Shown here in pieces: positions 8,052 through 19,232 of a stretch of 64,000 nt of DNA. Numbering within the stretch: position 1 is the first letter of the stretch; every line of letters starts with the position of its first letter. Made by a program: the position numbers and the translations under genes. Origin of the DNA: an uncultured cyanobacterium (lineage in GTDB: Bacteria; Cyanobacteriota; Cyanobacteriia; Cyanobacteriales; Nostocaceae); assembly GCA_963740315.1 (NCBI GenBank), contig CAVUDP010000002.1, forward strand, positions 3,296,001 to 3,360,000, given 5' to 3'. The notes beneath the pieces are model-generated. The model did no database searches and was not told where the DNA came from. It was given only the letters and a program-made list of their open reading frames with translations.

Positions 8052-10157
8052 ATGCCGAAACAAATTATCATCGCCGAACAGCATCAGATTGCTGCGGTGT
8101 TTTCTGAAGATCAGATACAGGAACTTGTCGTAGCTACTGGTCATCACCAAATTGGTGATATTTACTTAGGAGTAGTAGAAAATGTATTGCCTGGAATAGA
8201 TGCAGCCTTTGTAAATATTGGCGATCCGGAGCGGAATGGTTTTATTCATGTAACCGATCTCGGACCATTAAGGTTAAGACGTTCGTCAGCGGCAATCACG
8301 GAATTATTAGCACCACAGCAAAAGGTTTTGGTGCAAGTAATGAAAGAGCCGACGGGTACGAAAGGACCCAGGCTCACGGGTAACATTACCTTACCGGGAC
8401 GCTACGTAGTATTAATGCCTTATGGGAGAGGCGTGAATTTATCCCGCAGGATAAGGAACGAAAACGAACGCAACCGTTTACGAGCCTTAGCAATATTGAT
8501 AAAACCGGCGGGAATGGGTTTATTAATCCGTACCGAAGCAGAAGGTAAACCGGAAGAAGCAATTATCGAAGATTTAGAATTTTTGCAAAAGCAATGGGAG
8601 TCAGTTGGCGAACAAGCCCAAACTAGCCGTGCCCCAGCTTTGCTCAACCGAGACGATGACTTTATTCAGCGCGTTTTGCGGGATATGTACGGTGCCGATG
8701 TCAATCGGATTGTAGTAGACTCCAGTACTGGCTTAAAGCGAGTAAAGCAATATTTACAGAATTGGAGCGGTGGACAGGTACCCCAAGGTTTATTAATTGA
8801 CCACCACCGCGATCGCACTGCTATTTTAGAATATTTCCGGATTAATGCCGCGGTTAAGGAAGCTCTGAAACCAAGAGTAGATTTACCTTCTGGCGGTTAT
8901 ATTATTATTCAGCCCACGGAAGCATTAACGGTAATAGATGTCAACTCCGGTTCGTTTACCCGTTCGGCAACAGCCAGAGAAACCGTACTGTGGACAAACT
9001 GCGAAGCCGCAACCGAAATAGCCCGTCAGATGCGTTTGCGTAATATTGCGGGAGTAATTGTTGTTGATTTCATTGATATGGAATCGCGGCGGGACCAGTT
9101 ACAGGTTCTCGAACACTTTAATAAGTCTTTGAAAGCAGACAAAGCTCGTCCCCAAATAGCTCAATTAACCGAATTAGGTTTAGTAGAACTTACTCGTAAG
9201 CGTCAAGGTCAAAATATTTACGAGCTGTTTGGAGAAACTTGTCCTACCTGTGGTGGTTTGGGACATATCGTACATTTACCGGGGGAAAACGAATCCCGAA
9301 TTACACCACAACCAGCAGAAATACCGGAGCGTGTAATACCTTTACCCCAAAAAGAACCGCGTTTGTCTGCTCCTCGTTTAAGCTCCCCAGCCGAAACAGC
9401 AGATGAATTCGTAGAGTCAGGGGACGAAGGAGAGGCAGAATTTGCAAACTTAAACCTGTTAAATCATCCCAGCTATCAAGAATTGGGCAGCGATCCTAAT
9501 AAACGTCGCCGCCGCCGCCGTTTGGGGATTAATGGAGGGAATGGCAAAGATGAACCACGGATTAATGGGAATCCGTTGACCTTAGTTAATGATGAATTGG
9601 ACACCGATTCAGAAGCCGAACCGGAGTTGACAAGAAAGTCCGATACCCCATCAAGCTTGACTAAAGGATGGAGCGATAGACCAGAACGTAGTAGAACTAG
9701 AGTCGTCGAATCAGTTAAAGGAGTGCTGGAACCACCAGAAATTGTTTCAGTGGAAATGACTCATGAGGAACAGGATGTTTACGCCTTAATGGGTGTTACA
9801 CCTTTGAAGAAGTTGGAGAAAGATTTCAAAAACGAAAAATCTGTAATCATTAATGTGGTTCCACCCGGTGAAGATGAAGCAAGCGTTGAGGAATCATACT
9901 CGCTGACTCCGATTCCAAAAAAGCTGAAAATAGACAATGAAGTTATAGTTGAAGAGGAAATAGAAGAAGAACAAGAAGATATATTTGAAGAGCAAGAGGA
10001 AATAGAAGAAGAACAAGAAACACAAGAAGAAAAAGAGAAAATAGAAGTAGAAATTGTTGAAACAAATAAAATAATAGATGAAAGCGAAACACAAACCCAA
10101 ACAGCAGACAGACGTCGCCGTCGCCGTCGCTCTTCGGTAGAAGCACCTTCCAACTAA
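8052..10157 (+). CDS. rne: Ribonuclease E
   Basis: GDIYLGVVENVLPGIDAAFVNIG (S1), IDVNSGSFT, VVDFIDM, CPTCGG Zn-link. The acidic disordered tail ends RRRRRRRSS, the cyanobacterial PNPase-binding motif. Confidence 0.97.
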   Translation: MPKQIIIAEQHQIAAVFSEDQIQELVVATGHHQIGDIYLGVVENVLPGIDAAFVNIGDPERNGFIHVTDLGPLRLRRSSAAITELLAPQQKVLVQVMKEPTGTKGPRLTGNITLPGRYVVLMPYGRGVNLSRRIRNENERNRLRALAILIKPAGMGLLIRTEAEGKPEEAIIEDLEFLQKQWESVGEQAQTSRAPALLNRDDDFIQRVLRDMYGADVNRIVVDSSTGLKRVKQYLQNWSGGQVPQGLLIDHHRDRTAILEYFRINAAVKEALKPRVDLPSGGYIIIQPTEALTVIDVNSGSFTRSATARETVLWTNCEAATEIARQMRLRNIAGVIVVDFIDMESRRDQLQVLEHFNKSLKADKARPQIAQLTELGLVELTRKRQGQNIYELFGETCPTCGGLGHIVHLPGENESRITPQPAEIPERVIPLPQKEPRLSAPRLSSPAETADEFVESGDEGEAEFANLNLLNHPSYQELGSDPNKRRRRRRLGINGGNGKDEPRINGNPLTLVNDELDTDSEAEPELTRKSDTPSSLTKGWSDRPERSRTRVVESVKGVLEPPEIVSVEMTHEEQDVYALMGVTPLKKLEKDFKNEKSVIINVVPPGEDEASVEESYSLTPIPKKLKIDNEVIVEEEIEEEQEDIFEEQEEIEEEQETQEEKEKIEVEIVETNKIIDESETQTQTADRRRRRRRSSVEAPSN

Positions 10158-10175
10158 GATTAAATCATCTGTTTT

Positions 10176-10850
10176 ATGGTAGAAATTGGGCAAGCTATCA
10201 CCGAAATCGACAAGCCAACACTCCCTTTTAAGCAAAATTGGCTGGAATTTTCTACGCATTGCAATACTGACATCTTGATTGCAGGCGTAGATGAAGTAGG
10301 GAGAGGTGCTTTGTTTGGTCCTGTGGTAGCAGCAGCAGTTATTCTACCAGATATTAATAGTTTGCCCCCACTCCTCACCACCAAGATTAAAGATAGTAAA
10401 AAGCTATCAGAACATCGAAGAACTCAGTTAGCGAATCTAATTTTTGATATTGCAATAGACTGGAAAATCGGTTTTGCAACTACGGCTGAAATAGACTCTT
10501 TTAATATCTTGCAAGCATCACTTTTAGCAATGAAGCGGGCTGTTCTGAAATTAAAGGTACAGCCTGCACTTTGTTTAATTGATGGAAATCAACCGATAAA
10601 AAACTTTTCACTACCCCAACAAACAATAGTTAAAGGGGATTCTCTTTCACTGACGATAGCTTCTGCTAGCATCGTTGCTAAAGTTTGGCGAGATCGACTG
10701 ATAATTAGGTTTGCAAGTAAGTATCCAATGTATAATTTAGAACGTAATAAGGGTTATGGTAGTCCAAAACATTTATTAGCACTGCAAAATTACGGCACCT
10801 CACGTTTGCATCGTAAATCTTTTCGTCCCTGTCAAATTGGAGAAAAGTGA
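10176..10850 (+). CDS. rnhB: Ribonuclease HII
   Basis: AGVDEVGRGALFGPVVAAAV, DSKKL, LIDGN, KGD, NKGYG, HRKSF. Confidence 0.97.
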   Translation: MVEIGQAITEIDKPTLPFKQNWLEFSTHCNTDILIAGVDEVGRGALFGPVVAAAVILPDINSLPPLLTTKIKDSKKLSEHRRTQLANLIFDIAIDWKIGFATTAEIDSFNILQASLLAMKRAVLKLKVQPALCLIDGNQPIKNFSLPQQTIVKGDSLSLTIASASIVAKVWRDRLIIRFASKYPMYNLERNKGYGSPKHLLALQNYGTSRLHRKSFRPCQIGEK

Positions 10851-10931
10851 AATTATTATAAGATTTCACCGTTCTTCCTCCGCTTCTCTGCTTTCAGTTG
10901 TAGTGCCAAAATCAAACAGTATTAAGCTTTT

Positions 10932-11519
10932 TTATTCGGGCTTGAAAACGTTAAAATCATTACTATCTGAGTCAAGGTAGCTATGTGAAGTTTGCAATTC
11001 AACCCAACGTCGATAATCAACTAGCAGTTGACGTAACAATCTTTGCTTTATTGTTAGCAATACACTTTTAAGCAAGCCGTTACCAGTAGTTTCTAATATT
11101 GATTTAGGAGTGAAACTGAAAGGTGGCGGCAATTCGACCATTACTTCTAAATTAGCTATACCTTTAAGCTGAGTATTTCCATCTTTTTCATAACTCGATA
11201 AATTACCTTTTAAATCAAGTTGAAAACGTCAATCAATGTATTCTATACCACGAATTTCGCAGCTTACTGATTCTAAATGAATCGTTCCATTTGCTTCTGC
11301 CCATACTCTCATGTCTACAATTGGTTGAATACTTAATGATATAAAAGTTAAAGGGCGCATTTTTAAACGAAAAATTTCCGTGCTTAACTGTTCAATCCGG
11401 CTAGAATCGACTAACGCATTAACAAGACGTTGGGGTTGCCGTAAGTAATGCCTAATTGGAATAGGCTGATATGGAACGGGAATTTCTACAGATTGGCAGG
11501 CTTTAAATTTAGTAGCCAT
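10932..11519 (-). pseudogene. DUF1997-like protein interrupted by an in-frame TGA at 11229-11231
   Basis: Track ORFs 11229..11519 and 10932..11141 are in the same frame, and the 29 codons between them are open: ...RGIEYID*RFQLDLKGNLSSYEKDGNTQLKGIANLEVMVELPPP... Confidence 0.8.
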
Positions 11520-11759
11520 AGTTAAGCGACAGGAATATGTCGATAGTTATATTTTTTTTAAGTATAGATTTTTATTTTGTAGAAAACTTATACTCTTTTA
11601 GATTATAAGAATTATTGTTACTTTATAGTATCTATTTTAGGTAATAAAATTGGTATTCTGTAAGTATCTTAAGACTTAAGAAGATAATAGTCCTAAATAA
11701 TCATTTTCTAGTATCAAGGTACATGAGTGATATAGTCTCAAAACTAAAGGTATATAAAT

Positions 11760-12632
11760 ATGATATCGATCGCACATTTGGGACCTTCGGGTACTTATAC
11801 AGAACAAGCAGCCTTATATTATGTTAGTTGGCTAACTAAAGCTACTAATACAGAAGCTTACTTATGTCCTTATTCAAGCATTTTTCAAACACTTTGTTCT
11901 GTAGCTAAAGGTGAAGCAGATTTGGCGGTAGTGCCTGTAGAAAATTCTATTCAAGGAGGAGTTACCGTTACCTTAGATACAATATGGCAATTGGAAAACT
12001 TGCAAATTCAGTTAGCTTTAGTTATGCCTATTACTCACGCATTAATTTCCTGTTGCCAAGACTTAGATAATATTGATACCGTATACTCTCATCCGCAAGC
12101 ATTGGCTCAATGTCAAAAATGGTTAGAAACTTTTCTTCCTCAAGCACAATTAATTTCGACTAATTCCACAACAGAAGCACTGCAAAAATTAAAAAATGTT
12201 GAAGCTGCGGCAGCCATTTCACCACATAGAGCCGCGCAACTATATAATTTACCCGTACTTGCAAATGGTATTAGCGATTACCCGGAAAATTTTACCCGCT
12301 TTTGGGTAATTAGTCAGCCTGGTAACAACCCAAATCATCAAACATTAGCAGCGACTGCTTTTTATACTTCATTAGCATTTAGCGCACCTGCAAATTTACC
12401 GGGTGCATTAGTTAAACCATTACAAGTTTTTGCGGAGCAAAATATTAACCTCAGCAGGATTGAATCGCGTCCAACAAAACGTTCTTTAGGAGAATATTTG
12501 TTTTTTATAGATTTAGAGGCAGATGTTTCTTCTACAAAAATGCAATCTGCTTTAGCTAAATTATCTCATCACACGGAAATTCTCAAAATTTTTGGTAGTT
12601 ACAATATTTTACCAACAGAATCACTATCTTAA
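11760..12632 (+). CDS. pheA: Prephenate dehydratase
   Basis: LGPSGTYTE, VVPVENS, SHPQALAQC, NFTRF, ACT domain INLSRIESRP. Confidence 0.96.
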   Translation: MISIAHLGPSGTYTEQAALYYVSWLTKATNTEAYLCPYSSIFQTLCSVAKGEADLAVVPVENSIQGGVTVTLDTIWQLENLQIQLALVMPITHALISCCQDLDNIDTVYSHPQALAQCQKWLETFLPQAQLISTNSTTEALQKLKNVEAAAAISPHRAAQLYNLPVLANGISDYPENFTRFWVISQPGNNPNHQTLAATAFYTSLAFSAPANLPGALVKPLQVFAEQNINLSRIESRPTKRSLGEYLFFIDLEADVSSTKMQSALAKLSHHTEILKIFGSYNILPTESLS

Positions 12633-13044
12633 AAATAGCAATAAGCATGAAGATATATCGGCTATAGATGTAAAAAAGTTCATGCAAATTAAATAGTCGT
12701 ATAAAAGGGTGCGGGAAATAGGGAAAGAATAGATCGAGAAGACGATATCAGTTTATGAATATGTGAGATCGTTTTGAAACCTGGTTTTGAGAACGATCCA
12801 AGGAATTAATATTAAAAACTGGCAACTGTTAATTAAACAATAAGAATAATCAAAAATACTAGAAATTCATAACTCTAAAGTAGGAAATATAATTAACCAC
12901 TCCGAGTTGCGATATATGAAGACTAATTTACCAACTTAAAAGTTGTATATTTCAAACATAGAAGTATTTAAAACTTATATTTTGCACCATTCGAGTGTTG
13001 CCTCTATAAACTCAGTTTCTGATAGTAAAAACACGATCGATCAA

Positions 13045-13078
13045 CCGCACGCGATCGCCGCACAAGCGCGGTGAACGC
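13045..13078 (+). repeat. Small dispersed repeat next to a HIP1 site; second copy at 40198-40231
   Basis: CCGCACGC(GA/CC)TCGCCGCACAAGCGCGGTGAACGC is shared by both sites. Confidence 0.75.
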
Positions 13079-13260
13079 ATGAATAATTCGTTGTGAGACG
13101 AGCAAGTAACCGGGAATAGGAATAGTGGTGTGAAATTTAAATAAAAATTACAAAGTTGATACCTCAAACTTAATTTAAACAAAACTTTTAAGTTTCAACA
13201 CAGTCTATTTAATTAGTAGTTAATAAGCGATCGCTAATAATTAATCATTAATTAAAACTT

Positions 13261-13908
13261 TTAATTTAATGTATCTTTAAGAACAGTACGAGCGGCTAAA
13301 TGATTGCGAGTTGATGTTAAAATTTCTGCTTCTCGTTCTAAACGGGCAGCAGTATTTTGCATTTCTAACAATGATTGTTGCTCTGGGGCAACACGATACA
13401 GGTTGCTTGCGACCCAATAAGATAATTCTTTAGGTAATGCTGGTAAATCCTGTGGTAGTTCGATGTTTTGCTCGGTTAATTTAGCACTCAGCCGCACAAC
13501 GTCACGTAATAATTGTTCTACCTCAGATGCTTCCTGTCGTAAATCTAAGGACGGTTCTTCGTCATCAATCCATTCAACTAACCCAACAAAATAAGGCTTT
13601 TCGCGAACGTACTCTAATACACGAAACCTTTGCTGCCCTAAAGTTAGCATTTTCATTCGGTCATCTTTTAAGCGTTGATGATGAATAATTTCCGCACAGC
13701 AGCCAACATTAGCAACCGTACCCTTTGCTGGGTCAACCATCAATACCCCGAACCTGCGATCGCTATCTAAAATCGTGTTCATCATGATTCGGTAGCGAAA
13801 TTCAAAAATATGTAGGGGTAACGGTCTGGTAGGAAATAGAACTACATCCGGTAAAGGGAACAGAGGTAATTCGCGAACTGCAATTCTAGAGGAGGATGTC
13901 ATATTCAC
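13261..13908 (-). CDS. LON peptidase substrate-binding (Lon-N) domain protein
   Basis: ELPLFPLPDVVLFP, LPLHIFEFRYRIMM, GQQRFRV. No ATPase domain. Confidence 0.92.
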   Translation of the reverse strand: MNMTSSSRIAVRELPLFPLPDVVLFPTRPLPLHIFEFRYRIMMNTILDSDRRFGVLMVDPAKGTVANVGCCAEIIHHQRLKDDRMKMLTLGQQRFRVLEYVREKPYFVGLVEWIDDEEPSLDLRQEASEVEQLLRDVVRLSAKLTEQNIELPQDLPALPKELSYWVASNLYRVAPEQQSLLEMQNTAARLEREAEILTSTRNHLAARTVLKDTLN

Positions 13909-14002
13909 CGTTATTTATACTGGTATTAATAATAAAAGTATTTCTTTATGGAAAAACCTATATTTTCTTTATATTTTATCTCAAAGTCGTTTTCAGGCGA
14001 AT

Positions 14003-14033
14003 AAAAACCCCTTAGAAATTTTTTCTAAGAGGA
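14003..14033 (-). terminator. Probable intrinsic terminator downstream of rpsJ
   Basis: CCCTTAGAAA-tttt-TTCTAAGAGG stem, followed by a T-run on the minus strand. Confidence 0.5.
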
Positions 14034-14045
14034 TTTAATCTCTAT

Positions 14046-14169
14046 TAGGGACTTCCAAATTAGAATTCATATTAGGTAGTGCGAGCATCAAATCGCTATA
14101 TATTTTAAGCGAGCTATCAAGGCTTACACTACCTTTTGTGAGATAAATTATTTTTTTGGAGGTTCCTTA
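14046..14169. mobile_element. TA-flanked MITE (~124 bp) with an internal GTAG REP-like inverted pair
   Basis: TA-GGGACTTCCAAA ... TTTGGAGGTTCCT-TA terminal inverted repeats. Internal AGGTAGTGCGAGC ... GCTTACACTACCT. Confidence 0.75.
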
Positions 14170-14230
14170 GCACTGGAGTATATTTTTTTGTTTGTTATTT
14201 TTCGTTGACTATTAATCGAAAAACTACCAA

Positions 14231-14548
14231 TTAAAGCTTAACTTCAATATCTACACCAGATGGTAAATCAAGTTTCATCAAAGCATCAATGGTTTTAGAG
14301 GAAGGCTGATAGATGTCGATAATGCGTCGATGGGTACGGGTTTCAAAGTGTTCCCGTGAATCTTTATCTACATGAGGCGAACGCAGTACGCAGTAAATAC
14401 GACGTTTTGTCGGTAAAGGTATCGGACCAATCGCTGTTGCATTAGTACGGTTAGCAGTATCAACTATTTTTTCACAAGATGTATCGAGTAAGCGACGGTC
14501 AAAAGCTTTTAAACGAATTCTAATTTTTTGCTGCTGTAAAGTAGCCAT
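14231..14548 (-). CDS. rpsJ: 30S ribosomal protein S10
   Basis: [31 protein letters not shown]. Confidence 0.99.
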   Translation of the reverse strand: MATLQQQKIRIRLKAFDRRLLDTSCEKIVDTANRTNATAIGPIPLPTKRRIYCVLRSPHVDKDSREHFETRTHRRIIDIYQPSSKTIDALMKLDLPSGVDIEVKL

Positions 14549-14667
14549 TTGTTAAGTTTTCCTGGTTCTGATTGTTTGTACGAGGGAGGCATGGAATTAG
14601 AAGTTAAGTCAAAACCAAAAAATAGTTTGATAATTTTGACTGTTTCTCTTTCCAACCAAAGACAGTG

Positions 14668-14699
14668 AAAAAGCAGAGAGGCATTATACCATCTCTGCT
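14668..14699 (-). terminator. Intrinsic terminator or attenuator between tufA and rpsJ
   Basis: AGCAGAGA-GG...CC-A-TCTCTGCT stem, followed by TTTTT on the minus strand. Confidence 0.7.
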
Positions 14700-14726
14700 C
14701 GTAGTAATGGTGAATTACGCCGTTTA

Positions 14727-15956
14727 CTACTTAACGATTTTAGAAACTACGCCAGCACCAATGGTACGACCACCTTCACGAATTGCAAAGCGCATTCCTT
14801 GTTCGATCGCAATTGGGCTGATCAATTCTACATTCATCTTGATACGATCCCCAGGCATTACCATTTCCGCTTCGCTACCATCATCGGCGGTGAAGGATTT
14901 AATTGAGCCAGTTACATCGGTAGTACGCACGTAGAATTGAGGACGATAACCGGAAAAGAATGGGGTTTTGCGACCACCTTCTTTTTCTGTTAAAACGTAT
15001 ACTTCACCTTCAAATTCGGTATGAGGAGTAATGCTACCGGGCTTTGCGAGTACCATGCCACGCTCGATATCCTCTTTTTGCATACCGCGTAGTAGTACTC
15101 CGGCGTTATCTCCAGCCATACCTTCGTCGAGACTCTTCTTAAACATCTCGATCCCAGTTACGGTGGTGGCGCGAGTATTTCTGATCCCAACCAGTTCAAC
15201 TTGGTCGCCAACTTTAACTTTTCCGCGCTCGATTCTACCAGTTGCAACAGTACCGCGACCTGTAATCGAGAATACATCTTCCACCGCCATCAAGAACGGC
15301 TTATCTACAGCACGTTCGGGGGTAGGAATAAAAGCATCTACCTGTTCCATCAATTCGTAGATTTTATCTATCCACTCGTCTTCCCCTTTCTTCATGGTGG
15401 GGTTTGCAATCATTTTTTCCAATGCTTTCAAACCAGAACCTATAACTACAGGAATGTCATCGCCGGGGAAATCGTAGTCGCTAAGAAGTTCGCGGACTTC
15501 CAATTCCACCAACTCCAGTAATTCATCATCATCCACCATGTCTTGCTTGTTCAAGAAAACAACTAGACTAGGTACGCCAACCTGCTTAGCTAAGAGGATG
15601 TGTTCGCGAGTTTGAGGCATTGGACCGTCAGCAGCAGACACTACGAGAATAGCACCGTCCATTTGGGCTGCACCAGTGATCATGTTTTTCACATAGTCAG
15701 CGTGTCCGGGACAGTCTACGTGAGCGTAATGACGAGCTTCAGTTTCGTATTCAACGTGGGAAGTATTAATGGTAATACCCCGCGCCTTTTCTTCAGGTGC
15801 GTTGTCAATATCATCGTACTTCTTCGCCGCAGACTGACCCATGGCGGATAAAGTCATGGTGATGGCTGCTGTCAACGTGGTTTTACCGTGGTCAACGTGG
15901 CCAATAGTACCGATATTAACGTGTGGTTTATTTCTTTCAAATTTTGCGCGTGCCAT
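14727..15956 (-). CDS. tufA: Elongation factor Tu (409 aa)
   Basis: Starts [27 protein letters not shown] at the ATG at 15956. The track's 51-aa N-terminal extension is out-of-frame fusA sequence. Confidence 0.99.
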   Translation of the reverse strand: MARAKFERNKPHVNIGTIGHVDHGKTTLTAAITMTLSAMGQSAAKKYDDIDNAPEEKARGITINTSHVEYETEARHYAHVDCPGHADYVKNMITGAAQMDGAILVVSAADGPMPQTREHILLAKQVGVPSLVVFLNKQDMVDDDELLELVELEVRELLSDYDFPGDDIPVVIGSGLKALEKMIANPTMKKGEDEWIDKIYELMEQVDAFIPTPERAVDKPFLMAVEDVFSITGRGTVATGRIERGKVKVGDQVELVGIRNTRATTVTGIEMFKKSLDEGMAGDNAGVLLRGMQKEDIERGMVLAKPGSITPHTEFEGEVYVLTEKEGGRKTPFFSGYRPQFYVRTTDVTGSIKSFTADDGSEAEMVMPGDRIKMNVELISPIAIEQGMRFAIREGGRTIGAGVVSKIVK

Positions 15957-15978
15957 GTATACTCGTTTCCTTTTATAA

Positions 15979-18056
15979 CTATGCGTTCCCTTTGTTTTTA
16001 GCGATAATCGCCTCAGCCACGTTGCGAGGCACTTCTTCGTAATTACGAAACTGCATCGAGAAAATACCCCGACCTTGGGTTTTTGACCGAATGTCAGTTG
16101 CGTAACCAAACATTTCTGCCAATGGAACTTTAGAAGTTACTTTGGCTAAGCCTTGTTCGGACCCATGCCTTCAATTTGACCGCGACGAGAGTTGAGGTCG
16201 CCCATAACATCCCCAAGAAATTCTTCGGGTACTTCTACCTCAACTGTCATCATCGGTTCTAACAGCACTGGTGAAGCTTTCATTACCGCTTCTTTAATCG
16301 CCATTGAACCGGCAATTTTGAAAGCCATTTCCGAAGAGTCTACATCGTGATAAGACCCATCAACCAATGTTGCTTTAACATCAATTAATGGATACCCAGC
16401 TATAATACCGGATTGAATGGTTTCTTTCATTCCCTGCTCAACAGGTCCAATATACTCTTTTGGTATCGAACCACCGACAACCTTGGAAATGAATTCAAAA
16501 CCGCTTCCTTGCTCTGCGGGTTCCAAGTTTACAACTACGTGACCGTATTGACCTTTACCACCGCTCTGACGGATGAATTTACCTTCAATTCCGCTAACTT
16601 GTTTGCGGATGGTTTCCCGATAAGCAACCTGCGGCGCACCCACGTTAGCTTCTACCTTAAATTCTCGCAGCATTCTATCTACCAGAATTTCTAAGTGTAG
16701 TTCCCCCATCCCCGCAATCACTGTTTGATTGGTTTCAGGGTTAACACTAACTCGGAAGGTTGGATCTTCTTCCGAAAGTGACTGCAATGCTTTACTTAAC
16801 TTCTCCATATCTTGCTTGGTTTTGGGTTCAACCGCCACCGATATAACTGGTTCGGGAATGTAAAGCGATTCCAAAATTATTGGAGAACCTTCATCACAAA
16901 GAGTGTCGCCTGTCAAGGTATCCTTTAAACCCACGGTAGCCCCTAAGTCTCCCGCAGACAATTGTTCGACATCTTGTCGGTCATCTGCCTTCATTACCAC
17001 CAAACGAGAAATTCGTTCTCTTTTATCTTTGGTGGAGTTGTACACGTAGCTGCCTTTCTTCAGTACGCCAGAGTAAACCCGAACAAACGTCAAACGACCG
17101 TAGGGGTCAGCCATCACTTTGAAAGCAAGAGCCGCTAAAGGTGCTTCATCGTCAGCATTTCTTTCAACAGTTTCACCACTCGGTAAAGTACCTTGAATTG
17201 GAGGTACTTCCAATGGAGATGGCAGATAATCTACTACTGCATCGAGCAATAACTGTACGCCTTTGTTTTTGAATGCCGAACCGCAAAGCGTCGGCACCAT
17301 AGTTCCGGCGATCGTACCTTTGCGTAAGGCAAGACGAACTTCCTCTGCGCTCAGATCCTCTCCCTCGAAGTACTTAGTCATTAACTTATCCGAGGTTTCC
17401 GCTACTGCTTCAATTAACTTAGTACGATATTCCAAAGCCAATTCCTGCATTTCATCAGGTATATCTTGCTCCTCAATATCTGTACCTTCGTCGTTGTTGT
17501 AAACAAAGGCACGCATTTTTACTAAGTCAATAATGCCGCTAAACTCGCTTTCACTGCCGATGGGCAATTGAACGGGAATGGCATTAGCTCGCAGGCGATC
17601 GCGTACTTGTTCGTAAACCTGATAAAAGTTTGCGCCCGTGCGATCCATCTTGTTTATAAAGATGATTCTAGGCACTTTATAACGGTCTGCTTGCCGCCAA
17701 ACTGTCTCGGTCTGAGGCTGCACGCCGCCTACAGAACATAAAACCGTAATTACACCATCCAATACCCGCATAGAACGTTCGACTTCAATAGTGAAGTCCA
17801 CGTGACCGGGGGTATCGATGATATTAATTTGATGGTCTTTCCAACTGGTACTAATTGCAGCAGCAGTAATCGTAATTCCTCGCTCCCGCTCTTGTGCCAT
17901 CCAGTCAGTGACAGCCGTTCCCTCGTGAACTTCACCTATTTTGTGGATGATGCCGGAGTAAAACAGTATTCTTTCTGTTGTTGTAGTTTTTCCCGCATCA
18001 ATATGCGCCGCAATACCCATATTGCGAACTTTTTCTAGCGGGTTGGTACGTGCCAC
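15979..18056 (-). CDS. fusA: Elongation factor G, with an apparent 1-bp deletion at ~16161-16164
   Basis: [24 protein letters not shown]. The 0-frame stops at 16146, but the -1 frame continues [60 protein letters not shown] to 15979. Restored length is 692 aa. Confidence 0.95.
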
Positions 18057-18194
18057 AACTACCTCCTATAGTTTTTGCCGTGTATATAACACAAGTAAAG
18101 AAGTTTCTATACTTATGAATCCAAAACCGTTCAAATTAATAGTAATAAAGATGATATAACACCTTAACCATTCGGTAATATATCTGTCTTTAAC

Positions 18195-18665
18195 TTAATA
18201 ACGATAATGTGCAAAGGCTTTGTTGGCTTCTGCCATCCGATGTGTTTCTTCCCGTTTGCGAATTGCGCTACCTGTTTCGTTAGACGCATCCATTAGTTCG
18301 TTTGCCAGCCTGCTTGCCATTGTTCGACCGGGACGCTGACGGGAGTACTGTACCAACCAACGCAGCGCGAGGGTTGTGCCTCTTTCCGAACGAACTTCCA
18401 TTGGTACTTGGTAAGTCGCACCGCCAACTCGCCGAGCTTTTACTTCCACTAATGGAGTTAGATTACGTATTGCTCTTTCAAATACTTCTGTAGGATCGGC
18501 ACCAGTCCTTTCTTCAATGATTTTCATTGCGTCATAAACTATCCGCGCCGCAAGAGATTTCTTACCATGACGCATGATTCGCCTGATTGTCATACTGATC
18601 AAGCGACTATTGTAAACCGAATCAGGCGGGACTGCACGCCTTTGAATAACACCACGACGAGACAT
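18195..18665 (-). CDS. rpsG: 30S ribosomal protein S7
   Basis: [37 protein letters not shown]. Confidence 0.99.
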   Translation of the reverse strand: MSRRGVIQRRAVPPDSVYNSRLISMTIRRIMRHGKKSLAARIVYDAMKIIEERTGADPTEVFERAIRNLTPLVEVKARRVGGATYQVPMEVRSERGTTLALRWLVQYSRQRPGRTMASRLANELMDASNETGSAIRKREETHRMAEANKAFAHYRY

Positions 18666-19232
18666 ACTTAACCTTTAATTGAATATAGCAATAGAGAAAA
18701 ATGAAAAGCGATTCTTCCGGGCATTATATAGTATGTAAACAGAATTTCACTTTACCTAACCTCGATCGCAAATGAATGTAATGATTAAGGTTAGGAAGCT
18801 ATACTCACTGCATTATTTTAAGCAAGCTCCATCAAAAATCTATACTACCCGAACTAACTGCTCAAAAACTCAAATTACTGTGGACTTTCTCAACTTTATC
18901 AGTATACTGAGAACGCTCCGAATAGTTGAAAAAAACCGCTCCAACTATATGTAAAAAGCGTCATCATTTATACATTGATTTTTATTTGAAAATCCAAAAC
19001 GCTTCGCCCGGTTGCAATCTTTATAAAGTGTAATTGTTTTATTTGCTTATCTTATCGCCCCTCTAATTGTAGAAAACCAAAAGAAAAGCAAACAAACAAC
19101 TACATTTCAACTATAAAGAAAACCAATAAGCACATCCGACCGTTTTGGGACGTTATGGATTAGAACTTGAATTATATACTTCGCCTGTTCGCAATTGAAT
19201 CTAAAATACAATGCGAAAAACCACAGCCAGGA

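Noticed and set aside
9779..10384. Antisense ORFs over the rne tail and other shadow ORFs inside long genes
   Set aside because: They are reverse-frame shadows of low-complexity or codon-biased genes with no independent motifs.
11229..11231. Selenocysteine or alternative genetic code
   Set aside because: There is no redox motif or evident SECIS hairpin, and TGA terminates other genes here (e.g. rnhB, STAS).
15957..16109. 51-aa N-terminal extension of EF-Tu
   Set aside because: It is the fusA 3' end read out of frame. The canonical MARAKFER start has its own AAGGA SD.
16146..16175. Programmed -1 frameshift in fusA
   Set aside because: There is no slippery heptamer in the permissible window, so an assembly indel is more parsimonious.
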